Source: Bacteriovoracia bacterium | GTDB lineage: Bacteria; Bdellovibrionota; UBA1018; JBFWNL01 | Length of the DNA: 64,000 nt | Assembly (NCBI GenBank): GCA_050251055.1 | Contig: JBFWNL010000001.1 | Location: 612,449 to 676,448, forward strand | Direction of reading: 5' to 3' | In this document: one piece after another, positions 1 through 8,920 of the stretch | Position numbering within the stretch: the first letter of the stretch is position 1 | How the letters are laid out: each line of letters begins with the position of its first letter | Program-made: the position numbers and the translations under genes | Notes under the pieces: generated by a model | Databases searched by the model: none | What the model was told of the DNA's origin: nothing | What the model saw: the letters and a program-made list of their open reading frames with translations, nothing else

Positions 1-636
1 CTGCTGGCCAAGGCCAAACAGCAAGGTGCCTTCCTTGCCGCTTTCGGTGCCCGTGGCGCCGCCACCGGCGTTGATATGAAAATCATAATAAAGGATCTGC
101 TTACCGATGAAGCTGAGCTTTCCGTAAATCACGCTGGCGCTGACTTCAGCGCCGGCGAACCACTGGGGAAGATTGTAGTTAGCGTCCGCTCCGGCAACCG
201 ATTGACGGAAGTTCTCTAGCGCGCTCGAAGGTCCGGCATAGGACTTCCAGCCGATCATATGCACGGACAGGTATTCGGAGAAGTGGAAGCCGACGGAACC
301 CCCGACGTTCTTCACGCTTAAGAACGGATCGGTGCTGACAAAGCCGCCGAAGAGGGAAACTTCCAAGCGCTTTTCCTTGGAGTAAATGCGGTTCTGGACG
401 ACGTCGAAATCTTTGCCTTGTCCCCAGTACTGCTTTTTGAACTTCTCGACGTCAACGCGCTTGGCGGGATCGGTTTCCTCGGCTTCCGCCGCGTTGGCCG
501 CAATCGACTTCACGGCTGCGAAACTCACGCCTAGACAGATACCTATGACGAAGGCCCAGCCGGAGAGCTTGATATCTCGATATACCTTGGGGTGACGACG
601 TTTAATGCGCTTCTTGATGCTTTTCAGTGTTGCCAT
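1..636 (-). CDS. Outer-membrane beta-barrel protein, GltA/GltB-like. Partial: the ATG start is at 634-636 and the 3' end runs off the window.
   Basis: I translated the minus strand by hand. It reads MATLKSIKKRIKRRHPKVYRDIKLSGWAFVIGICLGVSFAAV, then ...DVVQNRIYSKEKRLEVSLFGGFVSTDP..., open to position 1. It is a paralog of the 61234..62064 protein (shared xQNRxFxK...L.G.G motifs and an alternating aromatic/hydrophobic pattern). It is missing from the ORF track because there is no in-window stop. Confidence 0.5.
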   Translation of the reverse strand, partial: MATLKSIKKRIKRRHPKVYRDIKLSGWAFVIGICLGVSFAAVKSIAANAAEAEETDPAKRVDVEKFKKQYWGQGKDFDVVQNRIYSKEKRLEVSLFGGFVSTDPFLSVKNVGGSVGFHFSEYLSVHMIGWKSYAGPSSALENFRQSVAGADANYNLPQWFAGAEVSASVIYGKLSFIGKQILYYDFHINAGGGATGTESGKEGTLLFGLGQQ

Positions 637-663
637 GAATACCACCTCAACCCATACCCCGGC

Positions 664-2313
664 TTAAAGCCGGCGGAAAACGAACGGATAAGTCACCGCC
701 ACATCCACGTTTCCTTTGGGGCGCGGGAACTGCCAAGACGACAACCGTTTCGTCACGCATTGATCCAACTCTTTGTCGCTCACCGAGGAGGCCTTGATCA
801 AAGTGCTCTCCACGCTGCCACGTTTGCCGATCGTGAAGCCAACCAGCACCTTGCCTTCGATGCTGGGCTTCTTGAGGATCGACGTTTCGTAACAGTAGCG
901 AATCTCATGCATGTGCTTGTTGATCACGTCCCACACTTCTTTTTTACTCAAACCTTCGGCCACGGTCGGCAACACGCCGTCGTCGGTGCCGACGGAAACG
1001 AACGAGCTGCCGCGGGCGCCCTTGCCTTCACCCTGGGTCGTGCCCATGCGGTAGTTGGCGCCGTTGGTGCCGTTTTCGCTGCCGCCGGTGGTGTACGCCA
1101 CCTGGAGGTTCTGCTTGCCGAAGGAGGTCACGCCGGAAGATCCGGGCGCCACCGCCGCGCGCTCGCCTTGGAACACGCTGCCGCCCTGCTTTGGGCTGTC
1201 GGCCAATAGATTATTCTTGAGGGCCATGAGACCCGCCATGGACTTCTGCAGCTGCTTCACCTTCGAAATCGCCGCGGACTCCTTCGGCTCGGCATTCGCC
1301 ACGGTCTGCACCGAGATCGGGCCGGGTTTCTTCATTTTGGATGGCGACTCCGCCTTGGCGGGCTTGCCGGACTTGCTGCGGTCACGCGACGGCGTGTCGA
1401 GCGGAGCCGGCGCCGGGTTCTTCACCTGGGGCGCGTTGACGGCCACGTCGGTCTTCTGCTCGGTCATCGGCTGGACTTCCCGCGGAGCCTCGGCCGGGCT
1501 CACCGGCAGGCGATCGCGCGAGATCTCGATCCGGGCGAACTGAAGCTTTTCTTCCTCTTTCTCCTCCGTCGGTGCGATGAACGTAGTGAGGAAAGCGAGC
1601 ATGAAGGCCACGGCGACGCCCACGTTGGTATTACGGTAAGCCTTCTTGAACCAGAGCGATTCTGGATCGATCTCGAGCTTGCCGGCGATCGGCGCGGCTT
1701 CTTTGCGGATGCGCTTGAAGGTCCAGCTACGCAAGCCGTACTCAATGGTCAGCAACCCGAGCTCACTATCGACGAGTTCGAAGCTCGAGTCCCGGCGAAT
1801 ATTCTCGCTAGCCAGGCGAGCCACGCCCTTGAGCTTGACGGCTTCGTTTTGAATCTCCAGCGTGAAACCCGTCTTGCCGGGCTTAAGGGTGAACAAACGG
1901 CGGCGCTCCTGGCGTACGGTAATCATCTCGGAGATCGCCTGCGTGTCGTAAACCGTGCTGCCCGTCGACTCGACCATGCACCAGACCGCGTCCACCGAAG
2001 CCGACTCGCCCTCGGGCAGGACGTTTTGGGCCGAAAGCATCGACGGCAATAGCTGCGCCGGTAGAATTTGGATCGTGAGCGGTTCAGACTTGTCTTCTTC
2101 GAAGGTCGGCAGGCGCACTTCGCGACGCTCGTTAATGACGCTTTCCTTGAACTTCAAGGTGTGGCCGCTGGTATGCTTTAGGAAATACCCTTCCTGGTTT
2201 TTTGAAAGCGTCCATGGCATCTGGTAGCCCAAGCGGATCGGCCGGGAGCCGTCCCAGAGCTCGGTGCGGACCAGGTCATTGACTTTTACGGCGACGATGT
2301 GTGTAGTTCTCAT
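664..2313 (-). CDS. Bitopic inner-membrane protein with a TonB C-terminal-like (AgmX/PglI-like) domain and an unassigned N-terminal cytoplasmic domain.
   Basis: The C-terminus GKVLVGFTIGKRGSVESTLIKASSVSDKELDQCVTKRLSSWQFPRPKGNVDVAVTYPFVF fits the TonB_C pattern (G.V.V.F.I...G.V....SS...LD......W.F.P....V.YPF.F). There is one TM segment (VGVAVAFMLAFLTTFIA) followed by a Pro/Ala-rich linker. Confidence 0.65.
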   Translation of the reverse strand: MRTTHIVAVKVNDLVRTELWDGSRPIRLGYQMPWTLSKNQEGYFLKHTSGHTLKFKESVINERREVRLPTFEEDKSEPLTIQILPAQLLPSMLSAQNVLPEGESASVDAVWCMVESTGSTVYDTQAISEMITVRQERRRLFTLKPGKTGFTLEIQNEAVKLKGVARLASENIRRDSSFELVDSELGLLTIEYGLRSWTFKRIRKEAAPIAGKLEIDPESLWFKKAYRNTNVGVAVAFMLAFLTTFIAPTEEKEEEKLQFARIEISRDRLPVSPAEAPREVQPMTEQKTDVAVNAPQVKNPAPAPLDTPSRDRSKSGKPAKAESPSKMKKPGPISVQTVANAEPKESAAISKVKQLQKSMAGLMALKNNLLADSPKQGGSVFQGERAAVAPGSSGVTSFGKQNLQVAYTTGGSENGTNGANYRMGTTQGEGKGARGSSFVSVGTDDGVLPTVAEGLSKKEVWDVINKHMHEIRYCYETSILKKPSIEGKVLVGFTIGKRGSVESTLIKASSVSDKELDQCVTKRLSSWQFPRPKGNVDVAVTYPFVFRRL

Positions 2314-5300
2314 GGCTCGTACCTAATCCCGCGCAGGGTGTTCTCCAGTTCCCTGTCGAACGAGATCTCCTTTGAATAAATGTGTTCGCGTTTCTTTTGT
2401 TTCCACTTGGCGGCGACCGATCCGTCCGGTCCCTGGGCCTTGTTCACGCCCTCCACCACGCCATCTTCGAAATCCAGTTTCTTGCCGCGCGTGTTCTTTT
2501 CCGCTTCGACCACTTCATTGCTGGCGGCTTGGGCGGCGTCCACGCCCCAGAAAGTCCGAACGACGGTGACCGCAATCAGGCCCACGCCGGTGAAAGTCGG
2601 CCGGCTGACCGTAATCCACTTGCGCGCGTCGCTATCGAAGCGATCTTGCGACTCCTTCAACTCGTGGAGGGCTTCCGCCTTGGCTCCGGCCACGGCGAGC
2701 GAGATGGCGCGCATCACGCCAAGCACTCCCTTGGAAATGGAGTCCGTCTGCTCCGCGCGCTCGAGCACGTAGCCGATTTGCGGCCAGTGGCGAGCCTTGA
2801 GCGCCGAAACCCACTTCGCCTTCAGGGCGCGGATGAAATTACCGTCGCGGTTATCGAGCTCGCTCCAAAAGCCGGAAGGATCGATCTTGCTCAAGATGCC
2901 CAGGGCGGCGCTGAGGTCGGAGAAATCGCGCAGCCGATTGCCGTAAACGTCTTCGTGCTTATCCGCATCCTTACCCGCCGGGGCGGCGCCCGGGATCGTC
3001 TGGGAGACCCGAACGAAGTCTGGGTCATCGGAACCGAAGGCCTTGACGATGTCGAGGGCCTTTTTATGAAGCTTCAGGGCCGACATCTGGAACGGCTTCA
3101 CCACGTCGATGAGGGTCGAAGCATAGATTTTCTGTTCTTCGAGGTTCAGGCCTTCCGGAACCGGCACGGCTTGGACATCGGCGGCGAGATCCAAGTACAT
3201 GCCGGCGATCTCATTCACCACCTTCGCGTGGACGCGGGCGAATGGGATCTTGAGCATGCCTTCGGATTGTTCCTCGATCGACTTGATCTGCCTCACGCGG
3301 GCGCCGATGCTCTTGGCTTCGGCTTCCACTTGAATCTTACGGATGCTTTCCCGGGCGTTCTGCACGGCCGCCTGAACCATATCCGGCACGTCATGTACGA
3401 GGCTAAAACGGGTGAGGCTGTCGAACTTCGTCCAGTAGCTGGCGAACTCGGAAACGACGGTCACGCGGCGCTTATACGAAGCATTTTTGGCGTTCTTCAG
3501 GTCGACCAAGGCCCAAAGCGCCTTGCCTTTTTCCGACATGATCCGGCGCTTAACGCCCCGGAAGGGCTCATCTTTGCGCAAGGCATGCAGCGCCACGTAG
3601 CGGTCACACTCCTCGACGATGTCTTCGAGGCAAACCTTCTTGTTCTTCATCACGCCAATGAAGAGAGGCTCGTCCTCGGAAAGCCAAGCGAGCTGGGCAA
3701 TCTTCCGACGCATGGTGCGGGAAGCTTCGGCGTCACCCGAGGTGTGGATCTTGAGATAGTCGCGGGCAGCGTGCCCGAAGTCGAAATTGTCCTCGAAAGT
3801 GCTCGCGCGCAGCTTCATGGAATCCGCGAAGTAGCGGGAGTCCGGCATCTCCTCCACCGTACGGGTCAGGGTCTGCAGCGCAACTTCGGTGCGTCCCAGC
3901 GCGATCGCCGAGCGGGCGACTAGGTTCAGCCAGTCCGCCTTGTGGCGCGGGTTCGCCAGAAAGTCCACCTCGTCATCGGACTTATCGATGACTTCCTTAT
4001 ACTGTTTCGCGTTGAAAAGGCCTTCCGCGATCTTATAAGCCGAGTCGGAGCGCGACTTCTTGAGCGACTCGGAGAACTTGGTGCGGTTTAGATCCGGCAT
4101 GCGCAAGAAACGGCTCGAAAGGTCGAAAACCAGGTCCCAACGCTCGCTGGCGATCATCGTATCCACCACCAGGGCCGCCGACGGTTGCGCGTATTGCGAT
4201 GTCGGGTAACGCTCGACGAAGGCCAGGAAACGCTTGGAAGCGTCTTCCACGTGACCGCGGGCGTACTGCGTGCGCATGGACTGGTATACGAAGAAATTCA
4301 TCTTTTCGCGGAGCGGATTCTTCTCGTCGATCATGCCATCCACCTGGGCCACGAGCTTGTTCCATTCCGTATAGGCGGCCGGAAGTTCCGACGGCTTGGA
4401 CCGCGCCACGGCTACGGGATCGACGCTTTCGGCGATCTTGCCGTCTCGATTGAGCGCATCATATAAGATCGAAACCGACTTCAAACCCGCTTCGGAAATA
4501 TTGATGCCCGCCTTGTTAGCCAGGCTCGAACCGTGGCGGATGTTGTTGATGAGCCAACGATAGTGCGCCACCGCCTGCTGCGGCTGCTGCAATCCTGCGA
4601 AGGACTCGCCCAAATTATAATGAGCCTGCACGATGCGATGATCGCGCCGTTCCGCGACGGTTAGGAAAGTCTTATAGAGCCCAATGAGAATGGCGTAATA
4701 AGCGCGATTCGGCGAATTGGGCTGTTTTTTGATCTGCGCCTGGATCTTGTTGACCGAGGTCAAGAGAAAGTCTTCGGCGATATCGAACGGATACTTGCCG
4801 GCCTTGTCCTGCTTGAGCTTCGCCAGATCGTTCAACGTTTCTTGCGCGGCCTTGAAGTTGTACTTATTGAGTTCGTCTTCCAGCACGGTCACGAGAACCG
4901 TGAGGCAGATCGGGTCATCCGGACGCTTCTGGATGACGCTTTTCTTCCAGACCGCGAGCTCGCCTTGCTTATTTTCGGAACGCAGCAGCTTGGTGAAGCG
5001 GATGAGCATCTGCCCCAAGACGTTGTCGCCTTGGGCGCCGCCGGAATTCAACTTACCGAAGAAGTCGACCGCGTCTTCGATCGCGTATTCGCCCGCCTTT
5101 AGGTTATAGGCACGCATGTAGAACATCGTCGAATCCAGCAGCATCTCGTCGCGGTGCAGGGTCGTGGCGACCTTCTTTTTCGCGTGCGCTTCGTCGATCT
5201 GGACGTTTTGGTACTTCACATAAAGCTTCACATAACGGAAAGATTCATCGAGCTTGTCGAGTTGGTAGTGCGCCCAGGCCGTCTTTTGGAGGGCGTAAGG

Positions 5301-5939
5301 ATAATATTCGCGATCCGACTTGTCGCGCTCGAGGTAGTGCAAATACGGCAGCGCTTCTTCCGGCTTGTTACGCTCGAAAGCGAACTCCGAGAGCGACCAG
5401 TAGACGGCCTTGATGCCCGAGTACTCAGGAAAGCGCTGGATGACGATGAGATAATCCGCGATGGCTTCATTGCGTTTGCCGACTTCGTTATAGGCGCGGC
5501 CACGCATCGCGTAGGCGAGCGGAATCTCGTAGTGATTTGGATAGCGCGTGATGACATCGCTCAGCGTCTTCACCGACTGATTGAGTTGCTTCTGTGACGG
5601 CGCGAGATTGATGCGTTTTTTGGCGAAGTAGGCCTCGGCGTGGGCGATGCGGAATAAGGATTCGGCTTTTTCCTGCTCCAAGGTGGCCATGCGCATGAGC
5701 AGGCCCGCTTCCTCTTTGGTGCCGACGCGCTTCTTGATCAGGATCTTGAGCTTCGAAATGGCCGCCTGCTGGTAGGTAGTGGCGGCGGTATCGGCCGCCG
5801 CCTTCGGCGCCGCGCGCGGGACGCCGCGCGAGTCAAGCTCCAGATTCTCCTGGTCGAATGGTCCGGCCACGGAAGACAGGGACGCTCCCCACGCCGCGAA
5901 GAAGATCAAAGTAGTGATGGCGACGCGAATGAAGCTCAT
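2310..5939 (-). CDS. Large periplasmic TPR-repeat protein (1209 aa) with a signal peptide.
   Basis: N-terminal signal MSFIRVAITTLIFFAAWGASLSSVAG. Tyr/Ala-rich TPR-like periodicity runs throughout. Its stop overlaps the start of the downstream gene by 4 bp. Confidence 0.7.
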   Translation of the reverse strand: MSFIRVAITTLIFFAAWGASLSSVAGPFDQENLELDSRGVPRAAPKAAADTAATTYQQAAISKLKILIKKRVGTKEEAGLLMRMATLEQEKAESLFRIAHAEAYFAKKRINLAPSQKQLNQSVKTLSDVITRYPNHYEIPLAYAMRGRAYNEVGKRNEAIADYLIVIQRFPEYSGIKAVYWSLSEFAFERNKPEEALPYLHYLERDKSDREYYPYALQKTAWAHYQLDKLDESFRYVKLYVKYQNVQIDEAHAKKKVATTLHRDEMLLDSTMFYMRAYNLKAGEYAIEDAVDFFGKLNSGGAQGDNVLGQMLIRFTKLLRSENKQGELAVWKKSVIQKRPDDPICLTVLVTVLEDELNKYNFKAAQETLNDLAKLKQDKAGKYPFDIAEDFLLTSVNKIQAQIKKQPNSPNRAYYAILIGLYKTFLTVAERRDHRIVQAHYNLGESFAGLQQPQQAVAHYRWLINNIRHGSSLANKAGINISEAGLKSVSILYDALNRDGKIAESVDPVAVARSKPSELPAAYTEWNKLVAQVDGMIDEKNPLREKMNFFVYQSMRTQYARGHVEDASKRFLAFVERYPTSQYAQPSAALVVDTMIASERWDLVFDLSSRFLRMPDLNRTKFSESLKKSRSDSAYKIAEGLFNAKQYKEVIDKSDDEVDFLANPRHKADWLNLVARSAIALGRTEVALQTLTRTVEEMPDSRYFADSMKLRASTFEDNFDFGHAARDYLKIHTSGDAEASRTMRRKIAQLAWLSEDEPLFIGVMKNKKVCLEDIVEECDRYVALHALRKDEPFRGVKRRIMSEKGKALWALVDLKNAKNASYKRRVTVVSEFASYWTKFDSLTRFSLVHDVPDMVQAAVQNARESIRKIQVEAEAKSIGARVRQIKSIEEQSEGMLKIPFARVHAKVVNEIAGMYLDLAADVQAVPVPEGLNLEEQKIYASTLIDVVKPFQMSALKLHKKALDIVKAFGSDDPDFVRVSQTIPGAAPAGKDADKHEDVYGNRLRDFSDLSAALGILSKIDPSGFWSELDNRDGNFIRALKAKWVSALKARHWPQIGYVLERAEQTDSISKGVLGVMRAISLAVAGAKAEALHELKESQDRFDSDARKWITVSRPTFTGVGLIAVTVVRTFWGVDAAQAASNEVVEAEKNTRGKKLDFEDGVVEGVNKAQGPDGSVAAKWKQKKREHIYSKEISFDRELENTLRGIRYEP

Positions 5940-5948
5940 TTTACCGCC

Positions 5949-6458
5949 CTACTCCTCTTTCACCACGGCGAGTTTAAAATCCGAATAGCCTTGCACCGCC
6001 GCCGAGGCGAGCACGGTTTGGATCGTGCGGTACGGCGAACGACGGTCCGCCACCACCCATACGCTTTTGCCGACCTTCGCTTCGTCTTTCTTCAGTTCCG
6101 AAAAACTCTTGATGAGAACTTTAGAAGTCGTGGTCTCGTCCGAGCTGCCGTTGAGATCGGCGGCCGGGAATCGGAAGTCTTGCAGGTCGGCCAGCTTCTG
6201 CCCATCGATCGAGACGCCGCCCGCACCGATTTCCACGCGGATGCCGTCCTTGCCGTTCGTGCTGGCTTGAATCTCGGGCAGGTGAATCCCTTTCGGAACC
6301 GAGATATTCTCGACCGTCGAGATTCCGCTCGAAAAGCTCTTAAGCAGGAACACTAGGACAACCATCAGGATGTCCGCCAGTGACGTGATCTGCAGGCTGA
6401 CTTCGGCGCCGTGATCTTGGGCCTTACCTTTGCTTTTTCGAATGCGTCTGAGAAACAT
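5949..6458 (-). CDS. exbD: ExbD/TolR-family biopolymer transport protein (AglS/AglQ-like).
   Basis: Short cytoplasmic N-terminus, TM segment ITSLADILMVVLVFLL, and an ExbD/TolR-type periplasmic domain. Confidence 0.75.
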   Translation of the reverse strand: MFLRRIRKSKGKAQDHGAEVSLQITSLADILMVVLVFLLKSFSSGISTVENISVPKGIHLPEIQASTNGKDGIRVEIGAGGVSIDGQKLADLQDFRFPAADLNGSSDETTTSKVLIKSFSELKKDEAKVGKSVWVVADRRSPYRTIQTVLASAAVQGYSDFKLAVVKEE

Positions 6459-6518
6459 GCAAAACCCCCATCTCCCTCGAAACCTGGTTAGCGGCGAAAC
6501 CGCCGCGGCGTTTTCCGC

Positions 6519-6977
6519 TTAGAAGCCGCCGAGCACCACGTCCGGGTGAGTGTTACGCGTGGCTTCCATAGTCTTGACGACATCCTGGTAAGCCACGTCA
6601 CGCGCGCTTACCAAGGTGGCGGTCTTCACCTTAGGCCAAGCAGACTGTACCTTCTTAAGCTCGCTTTTGAGCCGATCGAAATTCCACTGGTTGTTCACCG
6701 ATCCCACGCGAATCTCATTCTGGGCGCCCGATCCGGTCAGCTTGATGCTGAGGTCGTGGTTCATCGACATCTGCACGCTGATCTTCACCGGGTCTTCCGA
6801 TTCGGAAGACGTCGCGCCCACGGCACTAGATACGTTGACGTTCAAGATGCCGATCGAGATATAGAGTCCCGAAGCTAGGATGAACGTCACCAGGATCGTC
6901 AAGCAGTCCACGATCGGAACGATGTTGATTTCGAAGTCGAGCTTGCTGCCGCTCTGACCGAATTTCTTGAATTTCAT
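6519..6977 (-). CDS. exbD: ExbD/TolR-family biopolymer transport protein, second copy.
   Basis: EINIVPIVDCLTILVTFIL TM segment and ExbD-like architecture. It is tightly coupled to the upstream ExbB gene, sharing the boundary at 6977. Confidence 0.75.
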   Translation of the reverse strand: MKFKKFGQSGSKLDFEINIVPIVDCLTILVTFILASGLYISIGILNVNVSSAVGATSSESEDPVKISVQMSMNHDLSIKLTGSGAQNEIRVGSVNNQWNFDRLKSELKKVQSAWPKVKTATLVSARDVAYQDVVKTMEATRNTHPDVVLGGF

Positions 6978-7672
6978 TAGGCGACTCCCCGGCCCTTGCC
7001 CGATTGTTCGCGATAATTCTTATTCAAGGCGGCGGCTTCCGTTTCGAAGTAACGCTGCTTGATGATATCGAGCACGCGAACGGCCGACGATTCGACCTCG
7101 GACACTAGACGGGTAGTTTTATTGATCAGGAAGCTGAAAGCGATCATGCACGGAATCGCCACGCCGAGACCGAGCATGGTGGCGTGCATGGCTTGCGAAA
7201 TACCTTCGGCCAAGGCCGTCGTCTTCGCGCCGCCTTCCTCCAAGCCGATGGCCCGAAAGGACTCGACGAGGCCGGCGATCGTGCCTAAGAGACCTAACAA
7301 CGTCGCGACGTTCGCGATCATCGCCAAGAAGCCCGTACGCTTCTGGATCTTCTGCGATTCCTCTTCTACGGCCAGCTCCAGGCCGTTTTCAATCAAACTT
7401 TCCGGTTGGTGGGCGCGGAGCAAGGCCTTCTTCACCACGCGGGCGACGGGCTTGGAGTGATAGCGATCGCAAAAAGCGATAGCCTCGGCCACCTCGCCCT
7501 TCATGACGAGATCCCGCAGCTTCTCGAAAAACGATATCTCGTTCTGGAGCGGATAAACGACGTAAAGGGCGCGGATACGTTCCAATACGATCGCCAACGC
7601 AAAGGCGCCCGCTAGGAAAATCGGCGCCACGTGGGCAAGGTGATTCCTAATAAAGTCTAACATCTCGATCAT
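6977..7672 (-). CDS. exbB: MotA/TolQ/ExbB proton-channel protein (AglR-like).
   Basis: Three TM segments, with the conserved ...ATLLGLLGTIAGLVESFRAIG... and ...ISQAMHATMLGLGVAIPCMIAFSFL... motifs of the MotA/TolQ/ExbB family. Confidence 0.8.
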   Translation of the reverse strand: MIEMLDFIRNHLAHVAPIFLAGAFALAIVLERIRALYVVYPLQNEISFFEKLRDLVMKGEVAEAIAFCDRYHSKPVARVVKKALLRAHQPESLIENGLELAVEEESQKIQKRTGFLAMIANVATLLGLLGTIAGLVESFRAIGLEEGGAKTTALAEGISQAMHATMLGLGVAIPCMIAFSFLINKTTRLVSEVESSAVRVLDIIKQRYFETEAAALNKNYREQSGKGRGVA

Positions 7673-7833
7673 ATGGTTCTGTCTCCCTAAAAAGTGTACC
7701 CAAAACGGTTTTCAACCAATTTAGTAGTGTAGAAGCAAGACTCGAACCAAAGGGCGAAATGCCGAAGTAGCCGTAATTCAACAGGCAAAGTCAGATCGGA
7801 CACATGCAACGCGTTTACACGTGCAGATTTTTT

Positions 7834-8907
7834 TTACAAAATTAGCATGGCGTCGCCGTAGCTAAAAAAACGATATCGCTGGCGAATTGCCTCAGCGTAC
7901 GCACTTAAAATTAAATCCCGACCGGCGAAAGCCGAGACGAGCATCAATAACGACGATTTTGGCAAATGGAAATTCGTTAGTAGGCGATCGACCACCCGAA
8001 AGGGCAGGCCATCGGGATGAAAAAAAATCGAAGTGCGCCCGGCACCGCTTCGAATCGCGGACGCGTTCCACGCGCTCTCCAGCGTCCGCACGGAAGTCGT
8101 TCCGACGGCCGTCACGCGGCCGGCTTCCCCGCCGGCGCGTTTACGCCGATTGACTGCCTCGGCCACGCTCGGCGAGATCTCGAACGCCTCTTCATGCATG
8201 TAGTGCTCGCGGATATCCGCGGTCTTCACCGGTCGAAACGTGCCGACGCCTACGTGCAAGGTCACCTCGGCCCACTCCGCGCCGCGCGCGGCCAGGCCCG
8301 CGAGCACGGCCGGCGTGAAATGCAGCCCGGCCGTAGGCGCGGCGGCCGATCCCAAGGTCTTGGCGTAGACGGTTTGATAGTCGACCTCATCCGCCGCGTC
8401 CCCCGCTTGAATGTAAGGGGGAAGCGGTAGCATTCCCGCGCCCGCATCCACGGGGTCTTGATCAAAGCGCGCCACCACGGTTCCCGCCGACAGATCTGCC
8501 TTAACCAACTCCCCCGTAATAAATCCCGCCGGCGAGGGAATGCGAAAACGCAAGCCCGGCTGTTGCCGGGCGGACGAGCGAAACATGCCTTCCCAGGTCC
8601 GTTCGCCTCGCGACTCCAGCATCAGGAATTCGATTTCACCGCCTTCACGCTCCCGGCCCTTTTCCATGAGCACGCGCCGGCCCAGGAGACGGGCGCGCAG
8701 CACCCGCGAGTTGTTCGCCACGAGCAGGTCCCGGGCATCGAAATATTCAGGCAGATCACGAAAAGTCCGATGCTCCCAGCTTCCCCGGGCGCGGTCCACC
8801 ACCAGCAGGCGCGAAGCGTCGCGCGGTTGGGCCGGGCGCTGGGCGATCAGCTCATCGGGAAGGGTGAAGTCGTAAGCATCAAGATCGAAAGGATTGGGCG
8901 CGGACAT
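7834..8907 (-). CDS. queA: S-adenosylmethionine:tRNA ribosyltransferase-isomerase.
   Basis: MSAPNPFDLDAYDFTLPDELIAQRPA...SRLLVVDRA... and LPLPPYI are hallmark QueA motifs. Length is 357 aa. Confidence 0.85.
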   Translation of the reverse strand: MSAPNPFDLDAYDFTLPDELIAQRPAQPRDASRLLVVDRARGSWEHRTFRDLPEYFDARDLLVANNSRVLRARLLGRRVLMEKGREREGGEIEFLMLESRGERTWEGMFRSSARQQPGLRFRIPSPAGFITGELVKADLSAGTVVARFDQDPVDAGAGMLPLPPYIQAGDAADEVDYQTVYAKTLGSAAAPTAGLHFTPAVLAGLAARGAEWAEVTLHVGVGTFRPVKTADIREHYMHEEAFEISPSVAEAVNRRKRAGGEAGRVTAVGTTSVRTLESAWNASAIRSGAGRTSIFFHPDGLPFRVVDRLLTNFHLPKSSLLMLVSAFAGRDLILSAYAEAIRQRYRFFSYGDAMLIL

Positions 8908-8920
8908 CGCGCTTCACGAA

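Noticed and set aside
318-595. Two small ORFs (61 aa and 69 aa) from the ORF track.
   Set aside because: They lie inside the partial GltA/B-like gene, which I translated in the other minus-strand frame with a clean open reading frame and paralogy to 61234..62064.
2382-3923. 513-aa plus-strand ORF antisense to the TPR gene.
   Set aside because: It is Arg/His/Gly-rich, as expected for the reverse frame of a GC-rich gene. It is fully embedded in a 1209-aa ORF that has a signal peptide and TPR periodicity.
7725-7760. GGTTCGAGTC-like sequence (minus strand) resembling a tRNA T-arm.
   Set aside because: The flanking bases do not form a complementary T-stem, and no acceptor or anticodon arm can be built. 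I judge it a chance match in the ExbB promoter region.
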